Origin: an uncultured Candidatus Saccharibacteria bacterium
Lineage (GTDB): Bacteria > Patescibacteriota > Minisyncoccia > Phycocordibacterales > GWA1-40-21
Direction of reading: 5' to 3'
Assembly (NCBI GenBank): GCA_964613715.1
Contig: CAZTJK010000003.1
Coordinates: 7,322-71,321, forward strand
Length of the DNA stretch: 64,000 nt
Part shown: piece by piece, positions 38,264-50,944 of the stretch
Position numbering within the stretch: position 1 is the stretch's first letter
Layout: each line of letters begins with the position of its first letter
Notes under the pieces: model-generated
The model's input: only the letters and a program-made list of their open reading frames with translations
What the model was told of the DNA's origin: nothing
Database searches by the model: none
Position numbers and translations under genes: made by a program

Positions 38264-39985
38264 ATGAACGTACTTGAACTTTTGGCCAACAAAAAGGTCA
38301 TCGGCAAAGGCGACGTCGCGAAAATCGAGAAGCAGGCAAGCGCATCGGGAAAAACGATTGAAGAAATTCTCGAATCAAGCGGTGTATCCGCCGATGCGAT
38401 TCTCGATGCAAAAGGCGAGTACTACAATCTCCCGACGCAGAATCTCGAAGGCCGGGAAGTCGGCTTTTCAGTATTGAAATACGTGTCGAGCGACGCGGCG
38501 AACCGCTACGGCTTTGCGCCGATCGGCATCAAGGACGGTACCTTGGAGCTCGGCATCGTGGATCCGGAAAATATCGAGGCGCGCGACGCGATCAGCTTCA
38601 TCGTCGGCAAGCTCAATGTGCCCTACAAGCTCTTCGTCATTTCCGAAAAGGATTTTGCAAAGGTGATCGAAAGCTACAAAGGTCTTTCCGGCGAAGTAAA
38701 AAAGGCGCTCAATGAGCTCGAGACCGAGCTGTCGAGCGATGTCGAAGGCGTTGATATCATCAAGAATGAGGAGAAGCAGGAGAATCCGGCTGATACGCGT
38801 ATCATTGAAGATGCGCCGGTGACAAAAATCGTCGCGACGATTCTCCGCTACGCCACCGAAGGCAATGCCTCAGACGTGCATATCGAGCATATGTCAGACA
38901 AGATCCGCGTGCGCTTCCGCGTCGACGGCGTTTTGAATACCTCGCTCGTGCTTCCGGTCGAAGTGCATCAGGCGGTCGTTGCGCGCATCAAGATTCTCTC
39001 GAACATGCGTCTCGACGAGAAGCGCAAACCGCAAGACGGCCGTTTCAGCGCCAATATCGAAGGCCGCAAGATAGACTTCCGCGTGTCCACCTTCCCATCT
39101 TATTACGGCGAAAAAGTGGTGATGAGAATTCTTGACCAGGAAAAAGGCGTCAAGCCTTTGGAGCAAATGGGTCTCTTGCCGCGCTATCTCTCGATGGTCC
39201 GCGATGCGATGCAGCGCCCGTACGGTATGATTCTCATTTCCGGTCCGACCGGTTCCGGTAAGACGACGACGCTCTATTCTATGCTTCAGGAAATCAACAA
39301 GGATCAGAAAAACGTCCTCTCGCTCGAAGACCCGATCGAATACAATATTGAAGGCATGAGCCAATCGCAGGTCTTTCCTGAAATCGGCTACGATTTCGCG
39401 AATGGCTTGCGCACGACGCTCCGCCAAGACCCGGACATCATCATGGTTGGCGAGATCCGCGATAAAGAGACCGCGCAGCTTGCCGTGCAGGCCGCGCTCA
39501 CCGGCCACCTTGTGCTTTCGACTATTCATACCAATACCGCCTGCGGCGTGATTCCACGCCTCATCGATATGGGCGTCGATCCGTATCTGATTGCACCGAC
39601 CCTCATCCTTGCCATGGGACAGCGCCTCGTTTCCCAATTATGTCCGGGTACCGGCAAGCCGATCGAGGTGACCGGCAGCATGGAGGCAATGATCAAACAC
39701 CAATTCGATGATTTGCCGGCAGAATTCAGGAAAGAAATTCCGGAAACCGTGCAGCTATTTGAAAAAGAATCAACGCCGCAATGCCCAACCGGCACCAAAG
39801 GCCGCCTCGCTGTCTTTGAAATGTTCAAGATGGATCATGATATTGAAGAAGTCATCCTCAAAAACCCAGTGGAATCCGAAGTATTCCGCACTGCGCGCAA
39901 GAAGGGCCTGATTACGATGAAAGAAAATGCCATGATCAAAGCCATGGAAAAGGTGATCCCGTTCGAGGAAATCAACCAGCTCTAG
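38264..39985 (+). CDS. pilB: Type IV pilus assembly ATPase PilB/GspE
   Basis: ASDVHIE, PQDGRF, GPTGSGKTT, LRQDPDIIMVGEIRD, TGHLVLSTIH. Confidence 0.94.
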   Translation: MNVLELLANKKVIGKGDVAKIEKQASASGKTIEEILESSGVSADAILDAKGEYYNLPTQNLEGREVGFSVLKYVSSDAANRYGFAPIGIKDGTLELGIVDPENIEARDAISFIVGKLNVPYKLFVISEKDFAKVIESYKGLSGEVKKALNELETELSSDVEGVDIIKNEEKQENPADTRIIEDAPVTKIVATILRYATEGNASDVHIEHMSDKIRVRFRVDGVLNTSLVLPVEVHQAVVARIKILSNMRLDEKRKPQDGRFSANIEGRKIDFRVSTFPSYYGEKVVMRILDQEKGVKPLEQMGLLPRYLSMVRDAMQRPYGMILISGPTGSGKTTTLYSMLQEINKDQKNVLSLEDPIEYNIEGMSQSQVFPEIGYDFANGLRTTLRQDPDIIMVGEIRDKETAQLAVQAALTGHLVLSTIHTNTACGVIPRLIDMGVDPYLIAPTLILAMGQRLVSQLCPGTGKPIEVTGSMEAMIKHQFDDLPAEFRKEIPETVQLFEKESTPQCPTGTKGRLAVFEMFKMDHDIEEVILKNPVESEVFRTARKKGLITMKENAMIKAMEKVIPFEEINQL

Positions 39986-40033
39986 GCATCTTTTTTGCAA
40001 GAGCGGGGAGTGATGCTATACTGATAACCGAAT

Positions 40034-40423
40034 ATGTCCGATACGAAGCGCATTTTAATAACTGATGACGACAAGTTTCTCTTGAGCATGTACTCGATGA
40101 AGTTCGAAAAGAGCGGATTCGAGGTGAAAATCGCTTCAAGCGGCGCCGAAGCGCTCGATACGCTGCGCTCCGGCTTCAAGCCGGACATACTTCTGTTTGA
40201 TCTCATCATGCCTATCATGGACGGCTTTGCCGTCTATGAGGCAGTCAAAAAAGAAAAGCTTGCTTCGGGGGCAATCGCGATCATGCTGACGAATCAGGGA
40301 CTGAGCACTGATATCAGCCGGGCGAAGGAGCTTGGCGTCGCCGGATATATCATCAAAGCGACGACGATCCCCTCGGAAGTGGTGAGCGAAGTACTGGCGA
40401 TTTATCAGAAGAGCAAGAAATAA
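40034..40423 (+). CDS. Single-domain response regulator
   Basis: ILITDDD, LFDLIMPIMDG, LTN, YIIK. Confidence 0.9.
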   Translation: MSDTKRILITDDDKFLLSMYSMKFEKSGFEVKIASSGAEALDTLRSGFKPDILLFDLIMPIMDGFAVYEAVKKEKLASGAIAIMLTNQGLSTDISRAKELGVAGYIIKATTIPSEVVSEVLAIYQKSKK

Positions 40424-40457
40424 AGAGTTCTTTTTATTCAATTAACGCTATATTGCG

Positions 40458-41519
40458 ATGGAATACAAAAAAGAGTTGGAAGAGCTGATCAAGATCGTGT
40501 TTCAGGAAGGTGCATCCGACCTGCATCTTGCGGAGGGAAAGCGACCAACAATCCGCGTTTCAGGTCTCTTGCTGCCGCTCGTCAAGCGCGACATGATCGA
40601 CCATGAATCGATGCTCGGCATTCTCTCGCAGCTTGTCACCAAGGAGCATCGCGAGATATTCCTCCGCGATAAGGAGCTCGATTTCTCTTATGCCATGGAT
40701 AATGGCGAGCGTTTCCGCGGCAATGCCTTTTTCCAGCAAGGACTCATCTCCATTGCACTGCGTCTCATCCCGAAAAAAATACGCAGCCTTGCCGAGCTCA
40801 ATCTGCCTGAGACGCTCAAGGTATTTGCCGACAAGCCACAGGGATTCTTTCTTGTCGTCGGTCCCGTTGGCCACGGCAAGACGACGACGCTTGCCGCGAT
40901 GATCGAGCATATCAATGAATCCCGCGCCGAGCATATCATCACGATCGAAGACCCGATCGAGTATGTTTACGAAGCGAAAAAATCGATCGTCGACCAGCGC
41001 GAAATCCGCCTCGATACGAAGGATTTTCCGACAGCGCTGCGCAGCATGTTTCGCGAGGATGTCGACGTGGCGCTCATCGGCGAGATGCGCGGATCGGAAA
41101 CCATCGGCACTGCTGTCACTGCAGCGGAAACCGGACACCTCATCTTCTCGACTTTGCATACCAATTCGGCCGCACAGACGATCAGCCGCATCATCGACTC
41201 GTTTCCGGCAGAGCAGCAGGCGCAGATCCGCATTCAGCTTGCCGGGTCGCTCACCGGCATCCTTTCGCAGCGTCTCATTCCGCGCATTTCCGGCGGCCTC
41301 ATCCCGGCATACGAACTGTTGATCAATAACAATGCCGTGGCGAACCTGATCCGCGAGAACCGCATCCATGAGATCGCAAGCGTGATCGAGACCTCTTCGC
41401 AGGAAGGCATGGTGGATCTCAACCGCAGCCTGTCCGAGCTTGTCTCCCGCGGGGAAATCACGGTGGAGAACGCGTACATCTACGCGACCGATACGAGAAT
41501 TTTGGAAAAAATGCTATAA
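40458..41519 (+). CDS. pilT: Pilus retraction ATPase PilT
   Basis: ASDLHL, GPVGHGKTT, EDPIE, GEMR, AAETGHL, VANLIRE. Confidence 0.94.
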   Translation: MEYKKELEELIKIVFQEGASDLHLAEGKRPTIRVSGLLLPLVKRDMIDHESMLGILSQLVTKEHREIFLRDKELDFSYAMDNGERFRGNAFFQQGLISIALRLIPKKIRSLAELNLPETLKVFADKPQGFFLVVGPVGHGKTTTLAAMIEHINESRAEHIITIEDPIEYVYEAKKSIVDQREIRLDTKDFPTALRSMFREDVDVALIGEMRGSETIGTAVTAAETGHLIFSTLHTNSAAQTISRIIDSFPAEQQAQIRIQLAGSLTGILSQRLIPRISGGLIPAYELLINNNAVANLIRENRIHEIASVIETSSQEGMVDLNRSLSELVSRGEITVENAYIYATDTRILEKML

Positions 41520-41548
41520 TTACGGATAATTAAGTACGCGTATCACGG

Positions 41549-42757
41549 ATGACATTCAAATATACAACAATAGATGCGAGCGGCGCGAGCAAAGCGGGAA
41601 CCATCGACGCCATTAATATGGAAGTGGCGATCGCCGCGCTCCAGAAACGCGGCCTTTCCGTGGTCTCGATCAAGCCTGAAGAAGAGGGTGCCTCACTTTT
41701 TTCGAAAAATATTTCTTTCTTCGACCATGTGTCGAACAAGGATATCGTCATCCTGTCGCGCCAGATGGCGACCCTGTTCGAAGCGCAGGTTTCCGCACTG
41801 CGCATTTTCCAGCTCTTGGCCGTGCAGGCAGAAAACGCCGTATTACGCCGGAAACTGAAGGAAATCGTCGACGATCTGCAGGCCGGGAGCTCCATTTCGG
41901 CCGCGCTCGCGAAACATCCCGATGCTTTCTCGCAATTTTATGTGAATATGGTGCGCGCAGGCGAAGAGTCGGGCAAGCTCGATCAGACATTCATGTATCT
42001 TGCCGATCATCTGGACCGCACCTATGAAGTGAACTCGAAAGTAAAGACCGCCCTCATCTATCCGTCTTTCGTCGTCTTCACGTTCATTGCCGTCATGGTG
42101 CTCATGCTTGTTGTTGTCATCCCGAAAATCAGCGGCATTCTCAAGGAATCCGGACAGGCAGTGCCGATTTACACGAAAATCGTTCTCGGCTTCTCGAGCT
42201 TTCTTGTCAATTACGGCCTGTTTCTCCTGATCGGCCTTGTCGTCGGCGGATTCTTCCTTTTCCGCTATTCGCGCACCGAAACGGGAAAAGTCGCTTTTGA
42301 TGAGCTGAAAATTACCATGCCATTTGTCAGAAAGCTCTATTCAAAGCTCTATCTCTCACGCATCGCCGACAATATGAATACCATGATCGTTTCCGGCATT
42401 CCGATGGTCCGCGGCCTCGACATCACTTCGTCAGTCGTCGACAATCTCGTGTTCAAGCAGGTACTCGATAAGACCGTCGAAGATATCAAGGGTGGCAGCT
42501 CGGTATCGGACGCCATGGGCAAACATGAGGAAATCCCGGGCATTTTCGTGCAAATGGTGAAAATCGGCGAGGAAACCGGCCAGCTCGGTAATATCCTCAA
42601 AACGCTTGCGAATTTTTATCGCCGGGAAGTAACGAATACCATTGATGCGATGGTAAGCCTCATTGAGCCGGCCATGATTGTGCTCCTTGGTTTTGGTGTG
42701 GCATTTCTCATGGCATCCGTCCTTGTGCCTATCTACAATATTTCCGCAGGTATATAG
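41549..42757 (+). CDS. pilC: Type IV pilus platform protein PilC/GspF
   Basis: RQMATL, AGEESGKL, ALIYP, GEETGQL, LIEP. Confidence 0.94.
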   Translation: MTFKYTTIDASGASKAGTIDAINMEVAIAALQKRGLSVVSIKPEEEGASLFSKNISFFDHVSNKDIVILSRQMATLFEAQVSALRIFQLLAVQAENAVLRRKLKEIVDDLQAGSSISAALAKHPDAFSQFYVNMVRAGEESGKLDQTFMYLADHLDRTYEVNSKVKTALIYPSFVVFTFIAVMVLMLVVVIPKISGILKESGQAVPIYTKIVLGFSSFLVNYGLFLLIGLVVGGFFLFRYSRTETGKVAFDELKITMPFVRKLYSKLYLSRIADNMNTMIVSGIPMVRGLDITSSVVDNLVFKQVLDKTVEDIKGGSSVSDAMGKHEEIPGIFVQMVKIGEETGQLGNILKTLANFYRREVTNTIDAMVSLIEPAMIVLLGFGVAFLMASVLVPIYNISAGI

Positions 42758-42965
42758 TCTTCGCTACAGTTTTAAAAAGCCTTATTTTCCCTAGTTATCC
42801 ACACCTATTTTTGCAAGGGTGTATAATTCTTTCGTAAGCTTGAATATTGCAATATTCGCGCTTTTCGGTTCGCTTCTCGCCTTGAGCAAGGAGAAAGCAA
42901 GCCGGACAGGCGGAAAAAACAAGCTCATTATTAAGGATTAATTTTTATCGATAGAAATTAAGATT

Positions 42966-43400
42966 ATGAAGATGAAAAAAGGTTTTACATTGATCGAACT
43001 CTTGGTGGTTATCGCCATCATCGGTATTCTTTCGTCAGTCGTGCTCGCCAGCTTGAACTCAGCACGCACGAAGGGTTCGGATGCGGCAGTGAAAGCAGCG
43101 ATGAACAATCTGCGCGCACAGGCAGCCCTCTACTATGATGGCACCGGCGGCCAGACCTACGACTCGTCATTGACGTCGATCGCCTGCAACGGCAGTGCGT
43201 CACACGGCTTGTTCTCTGCAGATCCTCAGGCGAAAGCGATCGCATCGAACATCGCTTCAAACTCAGCATCATCGACCTGTATGTCGACCTCGACAACATT
43301 CGCAGTGGTCGCTCAGTTGAAGGGCGGCAGCTATTGGTGCGTTGACAGCAGCGGTGCTGCAACCGGATCGACTGCAATCAGCGGCGGTCTTTGCCAATAA
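42966..43400 (+). CDS. Type IV pilin, probable major pilin
   Basis: KKG-FTLIELLVVIAIIGIL class III signal; own promoter, long leader and terminator. Confidence 0.9.
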   Translation: MKMKKGFTLIELLVVIAIIGILSSVVLASLNSARTKGSDAAVKAAMNNLRAQAALYYDGTGGQTYDSSLTSIACNGSASHGLFSADPQAKAIASNIASNSASSTCMSTSTTFAVVAQLKGGSYWCVDSSGAATGSTAISGGLCQ

Positions 43401-43475
43401 AGAACATTATTTGTTCAGAAAAACGCCCGGCAACGGGCGTTTTTCTTTTACGGGCGGAAACGCTATACTATCTGC

Positions 43476-43982
43476 ATGAGATTTTCTTCGACATCGCGGG
43501 GGTTCAGTATCGCGGAAGTCATCGTTGTCATCGCAGTCATCGCGACATTGTCCGCGCTCGCGTACTCGTCCTTCAGTACCAATCGTGCGCGCAGCCGCGA
43601 TCAGCAGCGGGTTTCGGATCTCAATTACGTTGCGCTTGCGCTTGAGCAGTACTTGAATGCCAATGGGACATATCCGAGCGTTTTGAGCACTCTCGTTCCC
43701 GGATATATGGCCGCCGTGCCGGTACCGCCGACAACGCCGTCCGGCAATGCATATCAATATCATTATGTGCCGCTTGCTGCTGATTCGGCAGGCTCCCACA
43801 ACTGCACGTCTTATCAGCTCTGGACGACATTCGAGCTCTCGAATTCATACGTGAATGCGAAAGCGGGATTCGATTCGAAGAGCGGGGAAGTATCACGCGG
43901 CTATTTCTGCTACAGTCCGGCATCGACCGATCAGATCGACGCGTCGAATACGCCGCTTGTCTATGATGTCGTGCCGAAATGA
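43476..43982 (+). CDS. Pilin/pseudopilin (GspG-like)
   Basis: RG-FSIAEVIVVIAVI; ARSRDQQRVSDL. Confidence 0.85.
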   Translation: MRFSSTSRGFSIAEVIVVIAVIATLSALAYSSFSTNRARSRDQQRVSDLNYVALALEQYLNANGTYPSVLSTLVPGYMAAVPVPPTTPSGNAYQYHYVPLAADSAGSHNCTSYQLWTTFELSNSYVNAKAGFDSKSGEVSRGYFCYSPASTDQIDASNTPLVYDVVPK

Positions 43983-44758
43983 TCGCCGCTCCTTTTTTTG
44001 TTTTCATACTCGGCACTATCGTCGGCAGCTTCGTGAATGTGCTTGCGCTGCGCTATAATACCGGCCTGTCATTTTTTTCGGGCCGCTCAAAATGCTTTTC
44101 CTGCGGCAAAACATTGCAGGCGCATGAGTTGGTTCCCGTGCTCAGTTTCCTTTTCCTTGGCGGCAAATGCTCATCATGCAAAAGTAGGATATCCTGGCAA
44201 TACCCGCTTGTGGAGCTTGTAACCGGGTTTTTGTTTCTTCTGGCGTATCTTACCATCGGCGCCGTGCCAGCACTTCTGCTCTCTGTCATTATGATCGTTC
44301 TCTTGCTTGCCATCGGCCTCTATGATCTCAAGCACATGATCATCCCGGATGGCCTCGTATTTTTATTCGACGCCATTGCGCTTGTCTCGTTCTTCCTCTC
44401 AAACACCTGGCATCCGTTCTGGCAGTCGCTCGATTTCTGGGCCGGTCCGATACTCTTCGCATTTCTTGCGTTTTTCTGGCTCGTATCAGGTGGGCGGTGG
44501 ATGGGTTTTGGCGATGCGAAGCTTGTGATCGGCACGGGCTGGATGCTCGGTTTTTCCGGCGGTATCTTCGCGCTCATGCTCGCGTTTTGGCTCGGCGCAC
44601 TTTGGGGTATACTAGTGATGGTATTGGGCAGGATCGGCCTGACGAAGACGAAGCTCAAAGGCTCAAGCGAGGTGCCGTTCGCGCCGTTCATCATCTCTGC
44701 GGCGCTCCTCCAGCTTTTCGGGAATTTCGCCATCGCGCATGTTCTTTTCCCATACTAG
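43979..44758 (+). CDS. pilD: Prepilin peptidase (A24)
   Basis: GSFVNV, RSKCFSC, KCSSC, YDLKHMIIPD, MGFGDAK, PFAPF. Confidence 0.94.
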   Translation: MIAAPFFVFILGTIVGSFVNVLALRYNTGLSFFSGRSKCFSCGKTLQAHELVPVLSFLFLGGKCSSCKSRISWQYPLVELVTGFLFLLAYLTIGAVPALLLSVIMIVLLLAIGLYDLKHMIIPDGLVFLFDAIALVSFFLSNTWHPFWQSLDFWAGPILFAFLAFFWLVSGGRWMGFGDAKLVIGTGWMLGFSGGIFALMLAFWLGALWGILVMVLGRIGLTKTKLKGSSEVPFAPFIISAALLQLFGNFAIAHVLFPY

Positions 44759-44762
44759 ACCT

Positions 44763-45386
44763 ATGGCATTCCACAAAGAGAGCAGAATACGACAACAGCA
44801 GCGAACGAATGGCGGCTTCACCCTTGTCGAGCTTCTGGTGACTATCGTCATCTTCGTATTGCTCACGAGCCTTGTCCTTTTCAGCCAGGGCAATTTCAAC
44901 AATACGGTGCTTCTGAATAATCTTGCATACGATCTCGCACTTTCTATCCGCCAGGCCCAGGATTATGGCACAAGCATCCGCGAGTTCGCATCCTCGACGC
45001 CGCTTTTCTCATCGTACGGCATGTATTTCAATACGACGGTGAGCAACAAGAATTTCGTCCTCTTTGCCGATACGACAGGGGACAATCGCTACAACGGCTC
45101 GGTCGCGCTCTGCCCGGCGAACGATCCAGAATGTATCCAGAAATATTCGATCAATAATGGCAGCTTCATCAAGTCTATCTGCGCCGGCGCGGACAGTGCA
45201 CACTGCAATGCGATCGCAAGCTACATGAATATCATGTTCAAGCGCCCGAATCCGGATGCCGGCATCTATATGGATGCCAATCCGACCGCACAAAATTACG
45301 CGGCGATCACCCTCTCGTCGGTCAGCGGCACGACGCGTACCGTGGTCGTGACATCAGTCGGTCAAATCTATGTCCAGAAAAATTAA
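44763..45386 (+). CDS. Minor pilin (FimT-like)
   Basis: GG-FTLVELLVTIVI. Confidence 0.85.
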   Translation: MAFHKESRIRQQQRTNGGFTLVELLVTIVIFVLLTSLVLFSQGNFNNTVLLNNLAYDLALSIRQAQDYGTSIREFASSTPLFSSYGMYFNTTVSNKNFVLFADTTGDNRYNGSVALCPANDPECIQKYSINNGSFIKSICAGADSAHCNAIASYMNIMFKRPNPDAGIYMDANPTAQNYAAITLSSVSGTTRTVVVTSVGQIYVQKN

Positions 45387-45981
45387 TCCTACAACTGCAT
45401 ACCGTTTCTCGCGGGGCTTCACCCTCGTCGAAATGCTCGTGTCTATCGCCGTCTTCATGTCGGTCATGGTGGTCGCTGCAGGTTCGCTCGTCTCGATCAT
45501 CAACGAGAATGACAAGGCGCAGAATATCAAAAGCGTCGTCGACAATGTGACATTCGCCATCGACAGCATTTCGCGCAATCTTCGCTCCGGCAGTGATTTT
45601 TCCTGCATCCCGACAAACGGTTCCTCATTTTCCGGCGACTGTTCGACGGGGGGACAGACCATTCGCTATTGGAATAGCACCGATGGTGCTTATACTGAAT
45701 ACCGCTTCGTGGATTCCGGCTCGATCAGTAGCAGCACGGGCAATATCCAGCGGGCAAGCGGCTGCGATGTAAGCGGCGTCTGCACTACGAGCTGGCAAAG
45801 CATTACCGCGCCGACGGCGAATGTCACCATTTCTAATATGGTATTTTATGTATTGGGAACCACGGCTGGGTTTCAGCCGCGCGTCCTCGTCACCGTCTCG
45901 GGCACTATCACATCGAAGGACGGTACGAAGACCGAATTCACGATGCAGACGACCGCATCAGAGCGCGTGCGCATTCAATAA
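45370..45981 (+). CDS. Minor pilin (PilW-like)
   Basis: RG-FTLVEMLVSIAVF. Confidence 0.85.
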   Translation: MSRKINPTTAYRFSRGFTLVEMLVSIAVFMSVMVVAAGSLVSIINENDKAQNIKSVVDNVTFAIDSISRNLRSGSDFSCIPTNGSSFSGDCSTGGQTIRYWNSTDGAYTEYRFVDSGSISSSTGNIQRASGCDVSGVCTTSWQSITAPTANVTISNMVFYVLGTTAGFQPRVLVTVSGTITSKDGTKTEFTMQTTASERVRIQ

Positions 45982-45988
45982 TCAAGTC

Positions 45989-46572
45989 ATGATCACATTT
46001 TCTCAAAAAACTGAAAAAGGATTCACGCTCGTCGAGTCGCTCGTCGCCATTTCCGTGCTCATGATCGCAATCGCGAGCCCGATGGCCATTTCCCAGAAAG
46101 GCCTATCGACGGCAACCCAGTCGAAAGATCAGATGATCGCCTCGTTTCTCGCCCAGGACGGTCTTGAAGCCGTGAAAAACATCCGTGATCAGATTGCAGT
46201 GAGCGCGTCCGCCGGTACTTCCTGGCTCACGGGCCTCGACAAATGCGTCTGTGCCGCCGGTAGTTGCACTAACTTCGCGCAATACTGCAATATCGACACG
46301 ACATATCCGGATCTCACCACTTCGGGCGCTGTGAAGCAGTACAATGAATCAGGCGTTAACCCATTGAAGACTAATACCGATATCAACGGTAAATTCATCA
46401 ATTTCAATTTGAGCGCTGCGACCGCCTCGATCTTTTCCCGCTATATCAATGTCTATCAGTCGACGGATAATCCGAACGAGGCGAAAGTCAATGTGCGGGT
46501 CTCATGGAATACACCATCCGGCATCCAAAATGTCACCATCACCGATTTCATTTATAATTATTCGGTCAACCT

Positions 46573-46576
<4 letters not shown>
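45989..46576 (+). CDS. Minor pilin (PilV-like)
   Basis: KG-FTLVESLVAISVL; LAQDGLEAVKNIRD. Confidence 0.85.
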
Positions 46577-49148
<2,572 letters not shown>

Positions 49149-49190
49149 GTATCGGATTCTCATTTTTATCCGTTGTGCTATAGTGTTTTC

Positions 49191-49475
49191 ATGTTGGAAA
49201 TCAAGGATATCGAGAAGCTCGGCAAACTCGCGCGCATAGAGCTGTCGGATGCCGAAAAAGCGAAATTCCTCAAGGAAATCGACCCTATTTTAGGATATGT
49301 GACCCAGGTGAATGCCGTCGTCTCTTCGATCGGCACGGATAAGAAAGTTCCGGAGCATCACAATATTACTCGTCTCGATACTGGCGTGACGGATACGGGT
49401 TCGAATACTGATGTGGTCGTGAAGAATTTCCCCCAAAAGGAAAGCAATTATCTGAAAGTAAAGAAAATCCTCTAG
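49191..49475 (+). CDS. gatC: Asp/Glu-tRNA amidotransferase subunit C
   Basis: IEKLGKLARIEL...YLKVKKIL; directly upstream of gatA. Confidence 0.9.
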   Translation: MLEIKDIEKLGKLARIELSDAEKAKFLKEIDPILGYVTQVNAVVSSIGTDKKVPEHHNITRLDTGVTDTGSNTDVVVKNFPQKESNYLKVKKIL

Positions 49476-49477
49476 CT

Positions 49478-50917
49478 ATGACTATCGATCTCAAAAATCT
49501 GACTGTCGAAAAAGCGCATGCATCGCTCAGAGCAGGCGAGTACACGGCGACCGCGCTTGCACAGGCATATCTCGATGAAATAAAAAAGAAGGATGGCGCG
49601 ATCCACGCCTATCTTGAAGTCTATGACAATGTGCTCGCCCAGGCCGGATTTGCTGACAAGGCGATTGCTGCGGCGCGTGCGGCGAAAAAAGATTTTCCGC
49701 TTCTAACAGGTATTCCGGTCGCGGTGAAAGACAATATTCTCGTGAAAGGGAAGGTGGCAAGCTCGGCATCGAAAATCCTCGAGAAATATGTAGCGGCATA
49801 TGATGCGACCGTCATCGAGAAATTGCAGCGCGAGCAGGGTGCGGTGCTTATCGGCCGGACGAATATGGATGAATTCGCCATGGGCGGCTCGACCGAGAAC
49901 TCGGCATATGGTCCGACGAAAAATCCGTTTGACACCTCGCGCGTCCCGGGCGGCTCGTCCGGCGGCTCGGCTGCGGCGGTCGCAGCAGACATGGCACTTG
50001 TCGCGCTTGGCTCGGACACCGGCGGCTCTATCCGCCAGCCGGCGTCTTTCTGCGGGCTTGTCGGCTTGAAGCCAACGTATGGCGCGGTATCTCGCTATGG
50101 CGTTATGGCTATGGGCTCGTCGCTCGATCAGATCGGTCCGTTTGGCAAGACGGTGCGGGATGCAGAAATACTGTTCAATGCAATCAAAGGCAAAGACCCG
50201 ATGGACGGTACCTCACGCGATTTTCCGGAGAAAAAAGCCCCGGCAAAACTGAAAATCGGCGTGCCGCGTGACTTCTTGAGTATGGGCGGCATCGACAAGG
50301 CGGTGATAGACAATTTCAATGCATCGCTTGCGAAACTCAAATCGCTCGGCCACGAGATCGTGGATATCGCATTGCCGAATCTCAAATACTCGCTCGCAGT
50401 CTATTACATCATCGTGCCGGCGGAAGTGTCATCGAACATGGCTCGCTACGACGGCATGCGCTACGGCACGCGCATCGCGGGCGGGAACGGCATCGAGGAA
50501 TATCTCTTGTCGCGCCAGGCAGGGCTCGGCGCCGAAGTGAAGCGCCGCATCATTGTCGGCACGTATGTGCTTTCCTCCGGCTATTATGATGCGTATTACA
50601 ATAAGGCGAATATTGTCCGTGATCTTATCACCGCGGATTACAAGAAAGCATTCCAGACAGTCGATGTCATCGCGACGCCGACCACGCCAGACGCCGCATT
50701 CAAACTTGGTGAGAAAGTGAATGATCCGCTTGCCATGTACCTCGAGGATATATTTACCGTGCCGGTGAATCTTTCCGGCGTCCCGGCTATTTCAGTACCG
50801 TCCGGATTCAAGGAAGCATCAGGAACGCAATTGCCGCTCGGCATCCAATTCATCGCTGATCACGGCGGCGAATCCATTCTCTTTGCTGCGGCAAAAAGCT
50901 TCCGCGGCGAGAAATAG
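49478..50917 (+). CDS. gatA: Asp/Glu-tRNA amidotransferase subunit A
   Basis: VKDN, NMDEFAMGGSTE, PGGSSGGS, GSDTGGSIRQPA. Confidence 0.97.
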   Translation: MTIDLKNLTVEKAHASLRAGEYTATALAQAYLDEIKKKDGAIHAYLEVYDNVLAQAGFADKAIAAARAAKKDFPLLTGIPVAVKDNILVKGKVASSASKILEKYVAAYDATVIEKLQREQGAVLIGRTNMDEFAMGGSTENSAYGPTKNPFDTSRVPGGSSGGSAAAVAADMALVALGSDTGGSIRQPASFCGLVGLKPTYGAVSRYGVMAMGSSLDQIGPFGKTVRDAEILFNAIKGKDPMDGTSRDFPEKKAPAKLKIGVPRDFLSMGGIDKAVIDNFNASLAKLKSLGHEIVDIALPNLKYSLAVYYIIVPAEVSSNMARYDGMRYGTRIAGGNGIEEYLLSRQAGLGAEVKRRIIVGTYVLSSGYYDAYYNKANIVRDLITADYKKAFQTVDVIATPTTPDAAFKLGEKVNDPLAMYLEDIFTVPVNLSGVPAISVPSGFKEASGTQLPLGIQFIADHGGESILFAAAKSFRGEK

Positions 50918-50944
50918 AGAAGCCCTCGTGATATACTATTTTGC

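Noticed and set aside
40034-40423. Complete two-component system in the pilus locus
   Set aside because: Only a receiver domain is present; there is no histidine kinase in the window
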